Shown: positions 41,033-51,429, counted from the stretch's first letter. The stretch: 64,000 nucleotides of DNA from an uncultured Hyphomicrobiaceae bacterium (GCA_964461525.1 CAYWUX010000001.1:271465-335464); one strand, 5' to 3'. Numbers and translations: made by a program. The notes: generated from the letters alone by a model not told the origin.

Positions 41033-41245
41033 ACAACCAAATTTATGTTATGATCGTCTTCGAAATCTGAGGAAACCCGGTGTTTTGCGTCTATGAAATG
41101 TACGGGTTACCGCCTATAAGCCTATAGGGTGTATTAAGGTACAGTTCGATCATCACGTCATTTTCTACATTTCCCGGCTTTTATTTTCTCGGGTGAAGTA
41201 AACAGTAAATTCTGAAAAATACCGCAGCTAAGCAGAGAGCTATAC

Positions 41246-44200
41246 TTGCAGATAGACCGGTTGAGATTATTGGGATTCAAATCCTTTGTTGAACCCACGG
41301 AATTAATTGTCAAAGACGGATTGACCGGTGTGGTTGGCCCGAACGGTTGCGGTAAATCCAATTTACTGGAAGCACTGCGATGGGTGATGGGGGAAACTTC
41401 CTACAAGACAATGCGTGCCTCGACCATGGATGACGTCATATTTTCGGGAACGCAAAACCGCCCGGCACGAAATTTTTCGGAAGTCACAATTTTCATCGAT
41501 AATTCTTCACGAAAAGCTCCGGCGGCATATAATAATGAAGATGTCCTGGAGGTCACCAGGAGAATTGATCGGGAAGCAGGTTCCGCATACAGGATTAATG
41601 GCAGGGATGTACGGGCCAGGGACGTGCAACTCCTGTTCGCTGACGCATCGACCGGAGCCCATTCGCCGGCCCTTGTGCGACAAGGTCAGATAGGACAGAT
41701 TATTAACTCCAAACCGCAGGCCCGGCGTCTGGTTCTGGAGGAAGCGGCCGGAATAACCGGGTTGCACGGCCGGCGCCATGAAGCTGAACTCCGATTACGC
41801 GCCGCCGAAAACAATCTACAGCGCCTTATGGATATTCAGGCTCAAATCGGTGCTCAACTGGGAAGTTTGCAAAGACAGGCGAGACAGGCCATTCGCTACA
41901 GGGAAATTTCCGGTAAACTGAGAGAGGCCGAGGCTCTGCAATACCACCTGAAGTGGTTGGAGTTAGGTGAACGCGTGCAAGCAGAAGAGGCCTCGGTTAA
42001 GGATGCCCTGCTGGAAATCGCTCAACTGACCAAAACCGAAAGTGAAGCGTTACGCAAACAGAACAACAGCTCCAATGCGATACCTCCCTTGCGTAGACAG
42101 GAAGCAGACAAGTCCGCCGCCTTACACCGTTTGATTGTTGAACGTGAAAATCTTGAACGAGAAGAAGCCCAAGCCAGAATTAGAGCCGCAGAACTGGAAA
42201 GCCAGATTGCTCAACATAGCAACGATATAAGACGGGAAGAGGAGCTTATTGTTGAAGCCAATGCCGTTGTGGAACAACTTCTTTCTGAAAGGTCTGAATT
42301 GCTTGATGCCTCAGCGGGCCGCGAGAGGACGGAACAGGCGGCGCGGCGGACACTCGAAGAGATTTCATCGAAACTCACAGAAAACGAAAATCTCTACTCG
42401 TCGAAGACCGGCAGGGTTGCCGAGTTGAGAGCAAAACGCAACCAGTTCAGTCAGATTGTGGTGGAGCAGACAGGGATCATTGAAGAGTTGGACAGGCAAA
42501 AAACCGAAATTGCGACAGAACTTCAACGGCTGAACCAGAGTGACGATATCGGTGAAATGATTGAAAAATCTTTGAAGGATATTGAAATACTCACAGTTGC
42601 CCTGGACAAAGAAAAAAAATGTATGGAAGAAGCTGAATTCATCAGCCGGCAGGCCCGCACTGATTTGCGGGCCAAGCAGGACTTGGTGACAATCGCGCGT
42701 CAAAGTGCAAGCGGACTCGACATCGAAATTGAGACACTTTCAGGACTGCTGATTTCGGAAACTCCGGGGGAAAATCGAAAAATTATTGATCTTCTGGAAG
42801 TTGAAGAAGGATACGAACTGGCACTGGCGGCCGCTCTTGGAGATGATCTCGAGGCTCAGGATGCCCGTGACGCACCCGTTCGCTGGACGCTTTCGCCAGA
42901 AACAGACGAAATTGCAGGCCATCCAGGAAGTGGGCACAAAAAACGACTGGAGCCGCTGCCAGCCGATGCGATTCCTTTAGCCAACTTTGTCAAGGGACCA
43001 TCCCTGTTATCTGATAGATTACATAGCATCGGAGTTGTGGATGAGACCATAGGTCCGAACGCGCAAATTTTACTTCATGCCGGTCAAAGACTGGTTTCCA
43101 AAAGTGGCGATCTCTGGCGTTGGGACGGTTATGCGGTGTCCGCGGGCGCTTCGACGTCCGCAGCAAAACGGCTCACAGAGAAGGCGCGGCTCAAATCCCT
43201 GATGATTGAACGGGACCGCGCAAGATCCAATCGAGCGGCTGCGGAAGCCGAATATGTCAACGCGGAACAAAAAGCCCAGATGGCTGATGCGCGCGAAGCC
43301 CAAACCCGGAAGAACTGGATGGAACTGCAGGATAGGTTAAGCTCCATCCGTGAGAACCTGTCGAATTTGGAACGTCAAAAACAGGCTGGCCTGCATAGGC
43401 TTGGCGCACTAAACGAATCCATTCAAAATTTGTCCTCCGGATTACAGGAAGCAAGATCCCGAATAGCGCGCGCGCAGACTGAACTTGAGCATTTGCCGCA
43501 ACTGAAGGAACTTGAGGACGAACTTGAACAACACGCTCACCAGCTGAAAAATTATAGGAACCAGTTCACTGAGGCACGCGCGACCATGGCTGGGCTGGAG
43601 CAGGAATGCCGTATCCGGAAAGATCGTATTGACTCGATTGAGACTGAGCTCACGCGCTGGAAAAATCGATTTGACGACGCGCGCGTTCAGATTGAAAGCC
43701 TTAAGACCCGAAAGGAACAAGCTGAAAGTCGGCTCAATGAACTTGAGAGTCTGCCTGCCGATATCGGGGAACGACGCAACAAAATACTGACCGCTATAAG
43801 CCAGGCTGAACAAAACAGGAAGCAGTCAGCCGATGACTTAGTTAAAGCTGAATCGGAACTCAAGGAACTTACCAAGGCTCTTGGCGAAGTGCAGTCCATT
43901 CTTGCTGAAGCCCGGGAAATGCGGGCCGCATCCGAAGCGCGACTTGAAAACACACGCGAGCGCCGGGCTGAACTGGCTCGTCAGATACGCAGTGAACTGG
44001 ATTGCGCCCCGGATGATTGTTTAACGATGTCCGGCTCAATGGGAGCTTCTGATCTGCCTGACCTGACAGAGGTAGAGGCCACCCTGGTGAAACTCCGAGC
44101 AAATCGGGACCGGTTAGGAAGTGTCAATTTGCGCGCTGAAGAAGAAGCTGCCCAACTTTCCGATCAGTATGAAAGCATGGAAAGCGAATGCACTGATTTA

Positions 44201-44740
44201 AACGAAGCCATACTGCATCTGAAACGTGGAATCGAGGATTTGAATAGGGTGGGCAGAAAGCGGCTGCTTTCGGCTTTTGACGAAGTAAATGGGCATTTCC
44301 AGCAGCTGTTCAAAACATTGTTTGGAGGCGGAGAAGCTCAATTGCAGCTTGTGGAATCTGAAGATCCGCTGCAGGCCGGGCTCGAAATTCTGGCCCGGCC
44401 TCCAGGCAAAAAACCTCAAATATTGACTTTGCTTTCCGGAGGAGAAAAGGCTCTCACGGCCCTTTCGCTGATTTTTGCCGTTTTTCTGACAAACCCATCT
44501 CCGATATGTGTCCTTGATGAAGTCGATGCTCCGCTCGACGACACCAATGTAGAGCGCTTTTGTCAGCTAATGGATGAAATGACCGGCAAAACCGATACCC
44601 GTTTTCTGGTTATAACGCACCATCCCACCACAATGGCCCGCATGGATCGCCTGTTCGGCGTGACAATGGCGGAAAAAGGGGTTAGCCAGCTGGTTTCAGT
44701 GGATCTTGCAACTGCGGAAAGTTTTAGGGCAGCGGGATAA
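41246..44740 (+). CDS. smc: chromosome segregation protein SMC
   Basis: 1164 aa. Walker A GPNGCGKSN, long coiled coils, signature LSGGEKALTA and Walker B VLDEVDAPLD. The TTG start gives MQIDRLRLLGFKSF. Confidence 0.95.
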   Translation: MQIDRLRLLGFKSFVEPTELIVKDGLTGVVGPNGCGKSNLLEALRWVMGETSYKTMRASTMDDVIFSGTQNRPARNFSEVTIFIDNSSRKAPAAYNNEDVLEVTRRIDREAGSAYRINGRDVRARDVQLLFADASTGAHSPALVRQGQIGQIINSKPQARRLVLEEAAGITGLHGRRHEAELRLRAAENNLQRLMDIQAQIGAQLGSLQRQARQAIRYREISGKLREAEALQYHLKWLELGERVQAEEASVKDALLEIAQLTKTESEALRKQNNSSNAIPPLRRQEADKSAALHRLIVERENLEREEAQARIRAAELESQIAQHSNDIRREEELIVEANAVVEQLLSERSELLDASAGRERTEQAARRTLEEISSKLTENENLYSSKTGRVAELRAKRNQFSQIVVEQTGIIEELDRQKTEIATELQRLNQSDDIGEMIEKSLKDIEILTVALDKEKKCMEEAEFISRQARTDLRAKQDLVTIARQSASGLDIEIETLSGLLISETPGENRKIIDLLEVEEGYELALAAALGDDLEAQDARDAPVRWTLSPETDEIAGHPGSGHKKRLEPLPADAIPLANFVKGPSLLSDRLHSIGVVDETIGPNAQILLHAGQRLVSKSGDLWRWDGYAVSAGASTSAAKRLTEKARLKSLMIERDRARSNRAAAEAEYVNAEQKAQMADAREAQTRKNWMELQDRLSSIRENLSNLERQKQAGLHRLGALNESIQNLSSGLQEARSRIARAQTELEHLPQLKELEDELEQHAHQLKNYRNQFTEARATMAGLEQECRIRKDRIDSIETELTRWKNRFDDARVQIESLKTRKEQAESRLNELESLPADIGERRNKILTAISQAEQNRKQSADDLVKAESELKELTKALGEVQSILAEAREMRAASEARLENTRERRAELARQIRSELDCAPDDCLTMSGSMGASDLPDLTEVEATLVKLRANRDRLGSVNLRAEEEAAQLSDQYESMESECTDLNEAILHLKRGIEDLNRVGRKRLLSAFDEVNGHFQQLFKTLFGGGEAQLQLVESEDPLQAGLEILARPPGKKPQILTLLSGGEKALTALSLIFAVFLTNPSPICVLDEVDAPLDDTNVERFCQLMDEMTGKTDTRFLVITHHPTTMARMDRLFGVTMAEKGVSQLVSVDLATAESFRAAG

Positions 44741-44876
44741 ATGGGGTTTTGTTTGCCCGTTAAGCGGCTAATTTCTGGTTCCAATTCGCCTTTATGGAAC
44801 AGGACCTTTCGACGCACCACTGCCCTAAGCCAATTATTGCATATATAACATAGGGTTAGTTTTACATTAAGCCTCC

Positions 44877-44905
44877 TTGACACGTTATTCCCGCACGCCT
44901 ATTGT
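44877..44905 (+). promoter_or_regulatory. candidate sigma70-type promoter for the F0 operon
   Basis: TTGACA (44877-44882), a 17-nt spacer, then TATTGT (44900-44905). It lies about 100 nt upstream of the atpI GTG. This is a pattern match only. Confidence 0.4.
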
Positions 44906-45008
44906 GCCGCCCGTTCGAGGTGTGTCGTGTGTGTACAAAATGTCTCAAACTCCGGGTGATTGATATCGGCTGATCCGGCGAATTGAATACCGCTCATGGA
45001 GAAAGCTT

Positions 45009-45377
45009 GTGAGGGATCATGATGATCTGAAGAAAAGATTGTCAGAGCTGGATGACGATATTGATCAGGCACGGGGGCGCAGGACGAATGAAGAAAGTAA
45101 CCGGCAACGAAGTAGCGCCATAGGATATGCATTCAGATTGGCGATTGAGTTGGTTGTAGGGGTGTGTTTTGGAGGATTTGTCGGGTGGTTGCTTGACAAG
45201 TGGTTTGAAACAACCCCCATATTTTTGTTGGTCTTTTTTATATTGGGGCTGGCCGCGGGTATCATGAACGTGATACGCACAGCTCATCAGATGCAAACAG
45301 AGTTTTCGGACGATCCGGGAAGTAGCGAAACAAGGGACAAATCAGCGAAACGCGATCAAGATGAAGATGAAGATTAA
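45009..45377 (+). CDS. atpI: ATP synthase protein I (AtpI/AtpZ family)
   Basis: 122 aa. GTG start 5 nt after GGAGAA. Two hydrophobic helices (LAIELVVGVCFGGFVGWLL, IFLLVFFILGLAAGIMNVI). It sits directly upstream of atpB. Confidence 0.75.
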   Translation: MRDHDDLKKRLSELDDDIDQARGRRTNEESNRQRSSAIGYAFRLAIELVVGVCFGGFVGWLLDKWFETTPIFLLVFFILGLAAGIMNVIRTAHQMQTEFSDDPGSSETRDKSAKRDQDEDED

Positions 45378-45397
45378 AGGATTTGAAGGAGAAGGCT

Positions 45398-46165
45398 ATG
45401 GCGGCCGCAACCGGCGCTGATCACGGGGGAGGGGGATTTCCAGATCCGATGCATCAGTTCGAAATTCATCGTCTGGTGCCATTGAAGATTTTCAACATAG
45501 ATGCCTCATTTACAAACTCATCTCTGTTTATGGTCATCGTCATTCTTTTGATCAGTCTTTTTTTGTTCCTGAGCGTCAAAAGCCGGTCACTTGTACCCGG
45601 ACGAATGCAGTCGGTTGCCGAGATCGCTTACGAATTTGTCGCCAATATGATCCGCGACAATGTGGGCACCGCAGGAATGAAATATTTTCCCTTTATTTTT
45701 ACGCTGTTTATGTTTGTGCTTGGTTGCAACATCATGGGGATGGTTCCTTATTCATTCACCGTAACCAGCCACATCATCATCACATTTGCTCTGGCAGCGG
45801 TCGTATTCATTGGGGTTACCATTATTGGGTTTGCCAAACATGGCTTCAGTTTCCTGAAGTTCTTCGTCCCATCCGGCATCCCGGTATTTTTATTGCCTCT
45901 TCTGGTCGTTATCGAAGTCATTTCTTATCTGACCCGGCCTATAAGCTTATCCGTCCGCTTGTTCGCCAATATGATGGCGGGACACACTATGCTCAAAGTG
46001 TTCGGTTCATTCGTTATTGCCATGGGGTTTTGGGGAGGATGGGCTCCTCTAATATTCCTGGTGCCCTTCACCGGACTGGAAATACTGGTCGCATTTTTGC
46101 AGGCCTACGTGTTTGCCATATTAACTTGTATCTACCTCAATGATGCCCTTCATATGCATCACTAA
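45398..46165 (+). CDS. atpB: F0F1 ATP synthase subunit a
   Basis: ORF opens at a TTG at 45383, and the ATG at 45398 follows GAAGGAGAAGG. Contains RPISLSVRLFANMMAGH with the essential Arg. Confidence 0.95.
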   Translation: MAAATGADHGGGGFPDPMHQFEIHRLVPLKIFNIDASFTNSSLFMVIVILLISLFLFLSVKSRSLVPGRMQSVAEIAYEFVANMIRDNVGTAGMKYFPFIFTLFMFVLGCNIMGMVPYSFTVTSHIIITFALAAVVFIGVTIIGFAKHGFSFLKFFVPSGIPVFLLPLLVVIEVISYLTRPISLSVRLFANMMAGHTMLKVFGSFVIAMGFWGGWAPLIFLVPFTGLEILVAFLQAYVFAILTCIYLNDALHMHH

Positions 46166-46204
46166 CCCACCTTCATATTATAAAATCATCTCAAGGAGAA
46201 AAAA

Positions 46205-46432
46205 ATGGATCCAGCAGCAGCAAAACTTATTGGGGCCGGTCTTGCTTCAATCGCCCTGGTCGGTGCAGGTATCGGCATCGGTATAATTTTTGGTAATTAT
46301 CTGGCCGGAGCTCTTCGCAATCCATCCGCCGCTCCCGGGCAATTTGCCAACCTCCTGCTGGGCTTTGCTCTAGCCGAGGCAACTGGACTGTTTGGTCTGG
46401 TTGTTGCACTCATTATCTTGTTCGTATTTTGA
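46205..46432 (+). CDS. atpE: F0F1 ATP synthase subunit c
   Basis: 75 aa. GLGAIG-like [11 protein letters not shown] and the proton-binding [19 protein letters not shown]. Confidence 0.95.
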   Translation: MDPAAAKLIGAGLASIALVGAGIGIGIIFGNYLAGALRNPSAAPGQFANLLLGFALAEATGLFGLVVALIILFVF

Positions 46433-46621
46433 CTTTCCAATACTACTACTGATGGAGTTGTTAGAACGGGATAAATCCTGGCGTAAACCATGGTGCAATT
46501 GTGGTCCCGATTCGTGCTATATCAATTTGCGATGTCAAATATTGCACTTGCACATTGAAAGCTAGCAGACACCAAACGACTTAATTGACTCGGAAATCAG
46601 GATGTTAACTGGAAATCTGTT

Positions 46622-47107
46622 ATGCCCCAACTCGATCCATTGAACTTTTCGTCACAGCTCGTTTGGCTGGCCATAAGCTTTGTTGTACTTTACCTGTTTT
46701 TAGCTCGGGTCGCACTGCCACGAATAGCAAACGTTATCGAACAACGTCAGGATCGTGTCAGCCGTGACCTTGATGAAGCTGAAAAACTGAAAACGGAAAC
46801 AGAGAACGCAATTGTGGCTTATGAACAATCCATGGCCGAAGCGCGATCCAAGGCTCATGCCATTGCGCAGGAAACTAGAGACAAGCTAAACGCGGAAGTT
46901 GAAGACAAGCGCATTTCTGTCGAATCCAAACTCTCGGAAAAAATGGCGGAAGCGGAAAATCGCATCATGGCCGCGAAGGAGGCCGCTTTAACTCAAATCA
47001 ATGAAGTCGCTAGTGATACGGCTGGGGCCCTGGTTGAAGCTCTGATCGGCAAAAAAATTCCCGGAGCTGAAATCGAAAAAGCTGTTCAAAATGAAATCGG
47101 CAAGTGA
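46622..47107 (+). CDS. atpF2: F0F1 ATP synthase subunit b'
   Basis: 161 aa. Single N-terminal helix plus a long charged helix. It is the first of two paralogous b-type genes, as in alphaproteobacteria. Confidence 0.88.
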   Translation: MPQLDPLNFSSQLVWLAISFVVLYLFLARVALPRIANVIEQRQDRVSRDLDEAEKLKTETENAIVAYEQSMAEARSKAHAIAQETRDKLNAEVEDKRISVESKLSEKMAEAENRIMAAKEAALTQINEVASDTAGALVEALIGKKIPGAEIEKAVQNEIGK

Positions 47108-47123
47108 TTGAAGGACAATAATC

Positions 47124-47609
47124 ATGTTTAGGGATCCGACATTCTGGGTTGGAGTTTCATTCCTTTTCTTCATGGCGCTGCTGATCTATTACAAAATTCC
47201 AGGAAAACTGGGAGAAGCGCTTGATAACCGCGCGGAAAAAATCAGGCAGGAACTAGAAGAAGCGCGTAAACTCCGGGAAGAGGCTCAGGCAATACTCGCA
47301 GAGTATCAGCGGAAACAAAGAGAAGCTGAAAAAAGTGCAGAGGAAATAATTTCTCTGGCAAAACAGGAGGCGGTATTTTTTGCGGACGAAACGCACAAGG
47401 CACTGGAAGAATCCCTCGAACGCAGAACGAGAATTGCAGAAGAAAAAATAGCCCGCGCTGAGGCTCAGGCCCTGGAAGAGGTTCGTGTTACAGCCGTTGA
47501 TATTGCCGTTGCAGCTGCCAATAAGCTCATATCTGCAAATATGAGCGGCGACGTCGCCGCGAATTTGATAGACAAAACAATTCAAGATTTAAAAACAAGA
47601 CTCAACTAA
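47124..47609 (+). CDS. atpF: F0F1 ATP synthase subunit b
   Basis: 161 aa. Same architecture as b', starting 16 nt after it. Confidence 0.88.
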   Translation: MFRDPTFWVGVSFLFFMALLIYYKIPGKLGEALDNRAEKIRQELEEARKLREEAQAILAEYQRKQREAEKSAEEIISLAKQEAVFFADETHKALEESLERRTRIAEEKIARAEAQALEEVRVTAVDIAVAAANKLISANMSGDVAANLIDKTIQDLKTRLN

Positions 47610-47650
47610 GAGTCGACCTGGGTTGGATAAGCTTCACATGTCATAACCGA

Positions 47651-47681
47651 AAAACCGAGCCAGACAAGGCTCGGTTTTTTT
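47651..47681. terminator. bidirectional intrinsic terminator between atpF and gcvH
   Basis: AAAA-CCGAGCC-agacaa-GGCTCGG-TTTTTTT. A 7-bp GC-rich stem is flanked by an A-tract and a T-tract, and it sits between convergent genes. Confidence 0.8.
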
Positions 47682-47740
47682 CTGCTATCTTGCTGCTACG
47701 GACAACAAGTTTCAGCCCATCAGAATGTTGTTTGAAAGTT

Positions 47741-48118
47741 CTAATCCAGAGAGTCCGTATAAATCTTATAGTCCTCGGCACTCATGAGATCGTTGAGTTG
47801 GGTGCCGTTTGCAATCCTTATTTTATAGAACCATGCAGCACCCTCGGCATCTTCGTTGACTATTCCGGGATTATTCTCGAGGTTATTGTTTACTTCGACA
47901 ACTTCACCATCAACCGGAGCTAGAACCTCGCTTGCTGCTTTAACAGACTCAACGACCGCCACCTCGTCACCTCTGATAATCTGTTTTCCGACTTCCGGCA
48001 GTTCCACGTATACGACATCTCCCAATTGCTGTTGAGCATAGTCCGTAATGCCAACGATGCCGACATCTCCATCCACCAGGATATACTCATGGTCTTTTGC
48101 AAAATAACGATCGGCCAT
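47741..48118 (-). CDS. gcvH: glycine cleavage system protein H
   Basis: ORF 47741..48154. The ATG at 48118 gives MADRYFAKDHEYI. Lipoyl-lysine motif VESVKAASEV. Confidence 0.93.
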   Translation of the reverse strand: MADRYFAKDHEYILVDGDVGIVGITDYAQQQLGDVVYVELPEVGKQIIRGDEVAVVESVKAASEVLAPVDGEVVEVNNNLENNPGIVNEDAEGAAWFYKIRIANGTQLNDLMSAEDYKIYTDSLD

Positions 48119-48150
48119 ATTGCTGTCCCTTTTTCTTAATCCATGCTTTA

Positions 48151-49299
48151 TCAAGTTCTGTAATATCTGTGAGGCACAAAAGGTAGTTCGGTTACCGCAC
48201 CATTCATAAGCCGGTTCCTGACCCGCAGTTTAACAGTTCTCCCTTTTTGCGCAAATTCGGATTGTATATATCCCATGGCTATTGAACCGCCAAATGTGGG
48301 CCCAAAGCCACCGCTGGTAATGCTTCCGATTTCATCTTCGTCTGATGACAGAATTCCGGTTCCTTCGCGGGCGATTCCGCGGCCTTCGACAATTATACCC
48401 ACTCTTTTTCGAGACGCTCCTCTGCCGAGTTCATTCAGGATTCTCTGATGCCCGGGAAAATCACCAGCTTCTCTGCGTTTTTTCCCAATTGTCCAATTCA
48501 AATCCGCTTCGATCGGCGATGTAGTTTCATCGATGTCATGTCCGTACAGACATAAGCCCGCCTCTAACCTGAGTGTATCGCGGGCGCCGAGACCAATTGG
48601 TGCGACATCAGGGTGGGACAACAATTTACGTGCGAGGTTCTCAGCATGGTTAGCGGCGAGAGAAATTTCAAACCCGTCTTCGCCTGTATATCCGGCTCGA
48701 CTGACAATGCACACCACGTTGTCAATTTCAGTCTGAATGGCCGACATAAAACGAAGCTCCACTGCGTCGGGACACCAGGTTTTGATGACAGACGAACTTT
48801 GCGGCCCCTGCAAAGCGAGCAAAACCCGATTTGAACCGGCAACCAGTTCAGCTTCGCTGTCCAATCCTGACTGAATGTGCGCGAAATCCACTTTCTTTCT
48901 GGCTGCGTTTACAACCAGAAAAAGCAAGCCATCAACTTCATCGGGCAATGTCGGTCTCGTTACCATAAAATCATCTATGATACCTCCACCTTCATTGAGC
49001 AAAAGAGTATACCTCATGCCACCTGGAGCGAGAGACTGGATTGCCCCCGGTGTCAATTTCTCCAAAGCTTTGGCAGTCGTCAGGTGGTCGGGACCTCTCA
49101 AAATCGCCTGCCCCATATGGGACACGTCAAACAAACCTGCCTTCGCTCTCGTGTGATTATGTTCGGAAATTATGCCTTGTCTGTATTGAACCGGCATTTC
49201 GAATCCCGCAAAAGGAACCATTCTGGCGCCGAGTTCCAAATGCAAATTGTGAAGCGGCAATTTCTTCAGTTTTGTTTCTTCCTTACTTTCGCGGGGCAT
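48151..49299 (-). CDS. gcvT: glycine cleavage system aminomethyltransferase T
   Basis: ORF 48151..49308 opens at a GTG, with the ATG at 49299. Contains LPLHNLHLELGARMVPFAGFEMPVQY and FDVSHMGQ. Confidence 0.93.
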   Translation of the reverse strand: MPRESKEETKLKKLPLHNLHLELGARMVPFAGFEMPVQYRQGIISEHNHTRAKAGLFDVSHMGQAILRGPDHLTTAKALEKLTPGAIQSLAPGGMRYTLLLNEGGGIIDDFMVTRPTLPDEVDGLLFLVVNAARKKVDFAHIQSGLDSEAELVAGSNRVLLALQGPQSSSVIKTWCPDAVELRFMSAIQTEIDNVVCIVSRAGYTGEDGFEISLAANHAENLARKLLSHPDVAPIGLGARDTLRLEAGLCLYGHDIDETTSPIEADLNWTIGKKRREAGDFPGHQRILNELGRGASRKRVGIIVEGRGIAREGTGILSSDEDEIGSITSGGFGPTFGGSIAMGYIQSEFAQKGRTVKLRVRNRLMNGAVTELPFVPHRYYRT

Positions 49300-49550
49300 C
49301 TGGGACACTGTTTTAGTTTCAGATCGATAACAACCAGCTGTTTGAATTCATGAACATTGCTGTCAGACCGAGAACACATGTTCCCATCAATATGCCTCCA
49401 TCTTTCATTTAATCCAAATAAATTTCTCTACTGCGAGCCCGGCAAGCGTCCCAAATCAGGGATAAACCAGCACTGCAGCACGGTCAATCCGGGATGAACG
49501 TATGGTGGGTTTTAATAAAAAATTTAAGGAATCCGTTAAACCCGAACGGC

Positions 49551-50210
49551 TTAACTTAGTTTTTCCAATGATTTGTCGAACGATACGAAAACCTTGAAGT
49601 CCTGCATTTGAGCACCTTCGGGTATATCAAATGTTACGCGACGAACCATGGAAAAAAAGCCGGTCGAATTGTTCGGCTCTATAATAACCGGAACAGTTAG
49701 CTTTTCTTCTTTCAGTTTACCACGGGACTTTGCGGTTACGGTCAGAACCACGGGCAGGTTGTATTGATCCGACTTGGCCTTAGGCCCTAATATCAATCTG
49801 CCAGCAAAACCATACTTTACGGTAATGCGGCCGGGAGCCAATTCGCATTCGCGAGCGATCTTTGTAATTTCGCCGCGATATTTAATATTTAGAGGATTCT
49901 TATTGAAATCATCTGAATATTGCGTGAAGTGCCGGCCTTTTGACCAAATAACGAATTTTGGACACCCCTTTTCGGCAGTCATCAATTGCGACAGATCTGT
50001 GTTTTGTTTTGCCGCCGCCAGCAGTGACCCTTCTGAGACGGAGGGCGCCCATTCACTTGCCGTCTGACTGTCTTTCTTTTTCGCGCCTAATAGGTCAGAA
50101 CCGAAACCCGACGTTACATTAGACATAGAGCAGCCCTGCAGAAGAAAAGCCAATCCTGAATAGAAGATTATATTACGCAATAGCAGTGATTTTTGATGCC
50201 AGCCTCTCAC
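49551..50210 (-). CDS. hypothetical lipoprotein
   Basis: The 329-aa ORF runs up to 50540 across the ispH start. The GTG at 50210 gives MRGWHQKSLLLRNIIFYSGLAFLLQGC (lipobox LQGC). No domain recognised. The start is an inference. Confidence 0.55.
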   Translation of the reverse strand: MRGWHQKSLLLRNIIFYSGLAFLLQGCSMSNVTSGFGSDLLGAKKKDSQTASEWAPSVSEGSLLAAAKQNTDLSQLMTAEKGCPKFVIWSKGRHFTQYSDDFNKNPLNIKYRGEITKIARECELAPGRITVKYGFAGRLILGPKAKSDQYNLPVVLTVTAKSRGKLKEEKLTVPVIIEPNNSTGFFSMVRRVTFDIPEGAQMQDFKVFVSFDKSLEKLS

Positions 50211-50424
50211 AATCGCCCCAATTCGGTACTTGACAAGCCCTCCCCAAGACCGCCATCTGATGTGTCTATTCAATTGCACACTTTGAAACCAGCGCGCGAA
50301 TTTGCAGTTCGTCCTAATTAGGCATAAATAAAGGCCAGAATAGGTCGCAACAAGCTCAATGTTTTTGATTTTAATCCCAGTATGCATATTTAACCCATAT
50401 GTCATTCTCATGGCGAGAACTTGA

Positions 50425-51429
50425 ATGGACAAGATACTGAAAAATAAAGAAAATCCCTTTTCGCGGGACGGTACTAAAAGCCTACTGACTATTAAGCTTT
50501 GTGCCCCTCGCGGCTTTTGTGCCGGGGTCGACCGCGCCATTCAAATTGTAGAGTTAGCTTTACAGCGATTCGGGCCCCCAGTTTATGTTCGGCACGAAAT
50601 TGTACACAATAGATTTGTCGTAAAGTCGTTGCGAAACCAGGGAGCCGTTTTTGTAGAAGAATTGGATGAAATTCCCGACACAGATGCTCCCGTTATATTT
50701 TCGGCTCATGGTGTCCCCAAATCGGTACCTGCTGCAGCCCGCGAACGCAACTTCTTCTTTCTGGATGCAACATGTCCACTTGTTTCTAAAGTACACATTG
50801 AGGCAGACCGGCTTTACAAGAAAGGATACGAGATTATATTGATCGGTCATGCCGGACACCCTGAAGTCATAGGAACGATGGGGCAGCTGCCGGCCGGGGC
50901 GGTCAGGCTGATTGAATCGGCGGAAGAAGCCCGCTCGTTCGAACCCAGGCACCCCGATAGAATTGCCTATATCACGCAAACCACGCTTTCTGTTGATGAC
51001 ACGCAGGAGATTGTCGATATTCTCAAATCACGATTTCCGGAAATAGTGGGGCCGCGCAAGGATGATATCTGTTACGCCACCACCAACAGGCAGGCGGCCG
51101 TTAAAGCAATAGCCAGTGAATGCGATGCATTAATCGTCGTTGGTGCCCCCAACAGCTCAAATTCGAAAAGACTTGTTGAGGTCGGTGAGCGGGCCGGTTG
51201 CCAATTTTCGCAACTGCTGCAGTGTGCTGACGAAATTGATTGGAAACTGTTTGAAAATATTTCGGTTGTTGGCCTCACCGCCAGCGCGTCCGCACCGGAA
51301 ATTCTCGTTGAAGAAATCATCGACGCCTTTTCGGAACGCTTTGACGTGACCGTTGACACAGTGGTTACAGCCGATGAAAAAATTTCTTTCAAACTCCCGA
51401 CAGAACTTCGCGATATGATAACCGAATAA
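50425..51429 (+). CDS. ispH: 4-hydroxy-3-methylbut-2-enyl diphosphate reductase
   Basis: 334 aa. Contains [14 protein letters not shown] and SAHGVPKSV, with conserved Cys in [11 protein letters not shown]. Confidence 0.95.
   Translation: MDKILKNKENPFSRDGTKSLLTIKLCAPRGFCAGVDRAIQIVELALQRFGPPVYVRHEIVHNRFVVKSLRNQGAVFVEELDEIPDTDAPVIFSAHGVPKSVPAAARERNFFFLDATCPLVSKVHIEADRLYKKGYEIILIGHAGHPEVIGTMGQLPAGAVRLIESAEEARSFEPRHPDRIAYITQTTLSVDDTQEIVDILKSRFPEIVGPRKDDICYATTNRQAAVKAIASECDALIVVGAPNSSNSKRLVEVGERAGCQFSQLLQCADEIDWKLFENISVVGLTASASAPEILVEEIIDAFSERFDVTVDTVVTADEKISFKLPTELRDMITE

Noticed and set aside
45724-46143. 139-aa alternative-frame ORF within atpB.
   Set aside because: It is on the same strand but out of frame with a canonical subunit-a sequence. 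Its composition is His/Arg/Gly-rich, it has no RBS, and it is a frame artefact.
49480-49492. An 11-mer CCGGATTGACC is shared, in opposite orientations, by the gcvT leader and the thrB upstream region (near 51445). It was considered as a possible common operator.
   Set aside because: Many 11-mer coincidences are expected among all pairs in 64 kb on two strands. No flanking similarity extends the match.
49300-49550. Expected glycine riboswitch upstream of gcvT.
   Set aside because: Reading the minus strand, I could not find GGAGAG, CCGAAGG(A/G)GCAA or CUCUCAGGC...GGAC cores, so I do not annotate one. It is kept as a finding to be settled with a covariance-model scan.
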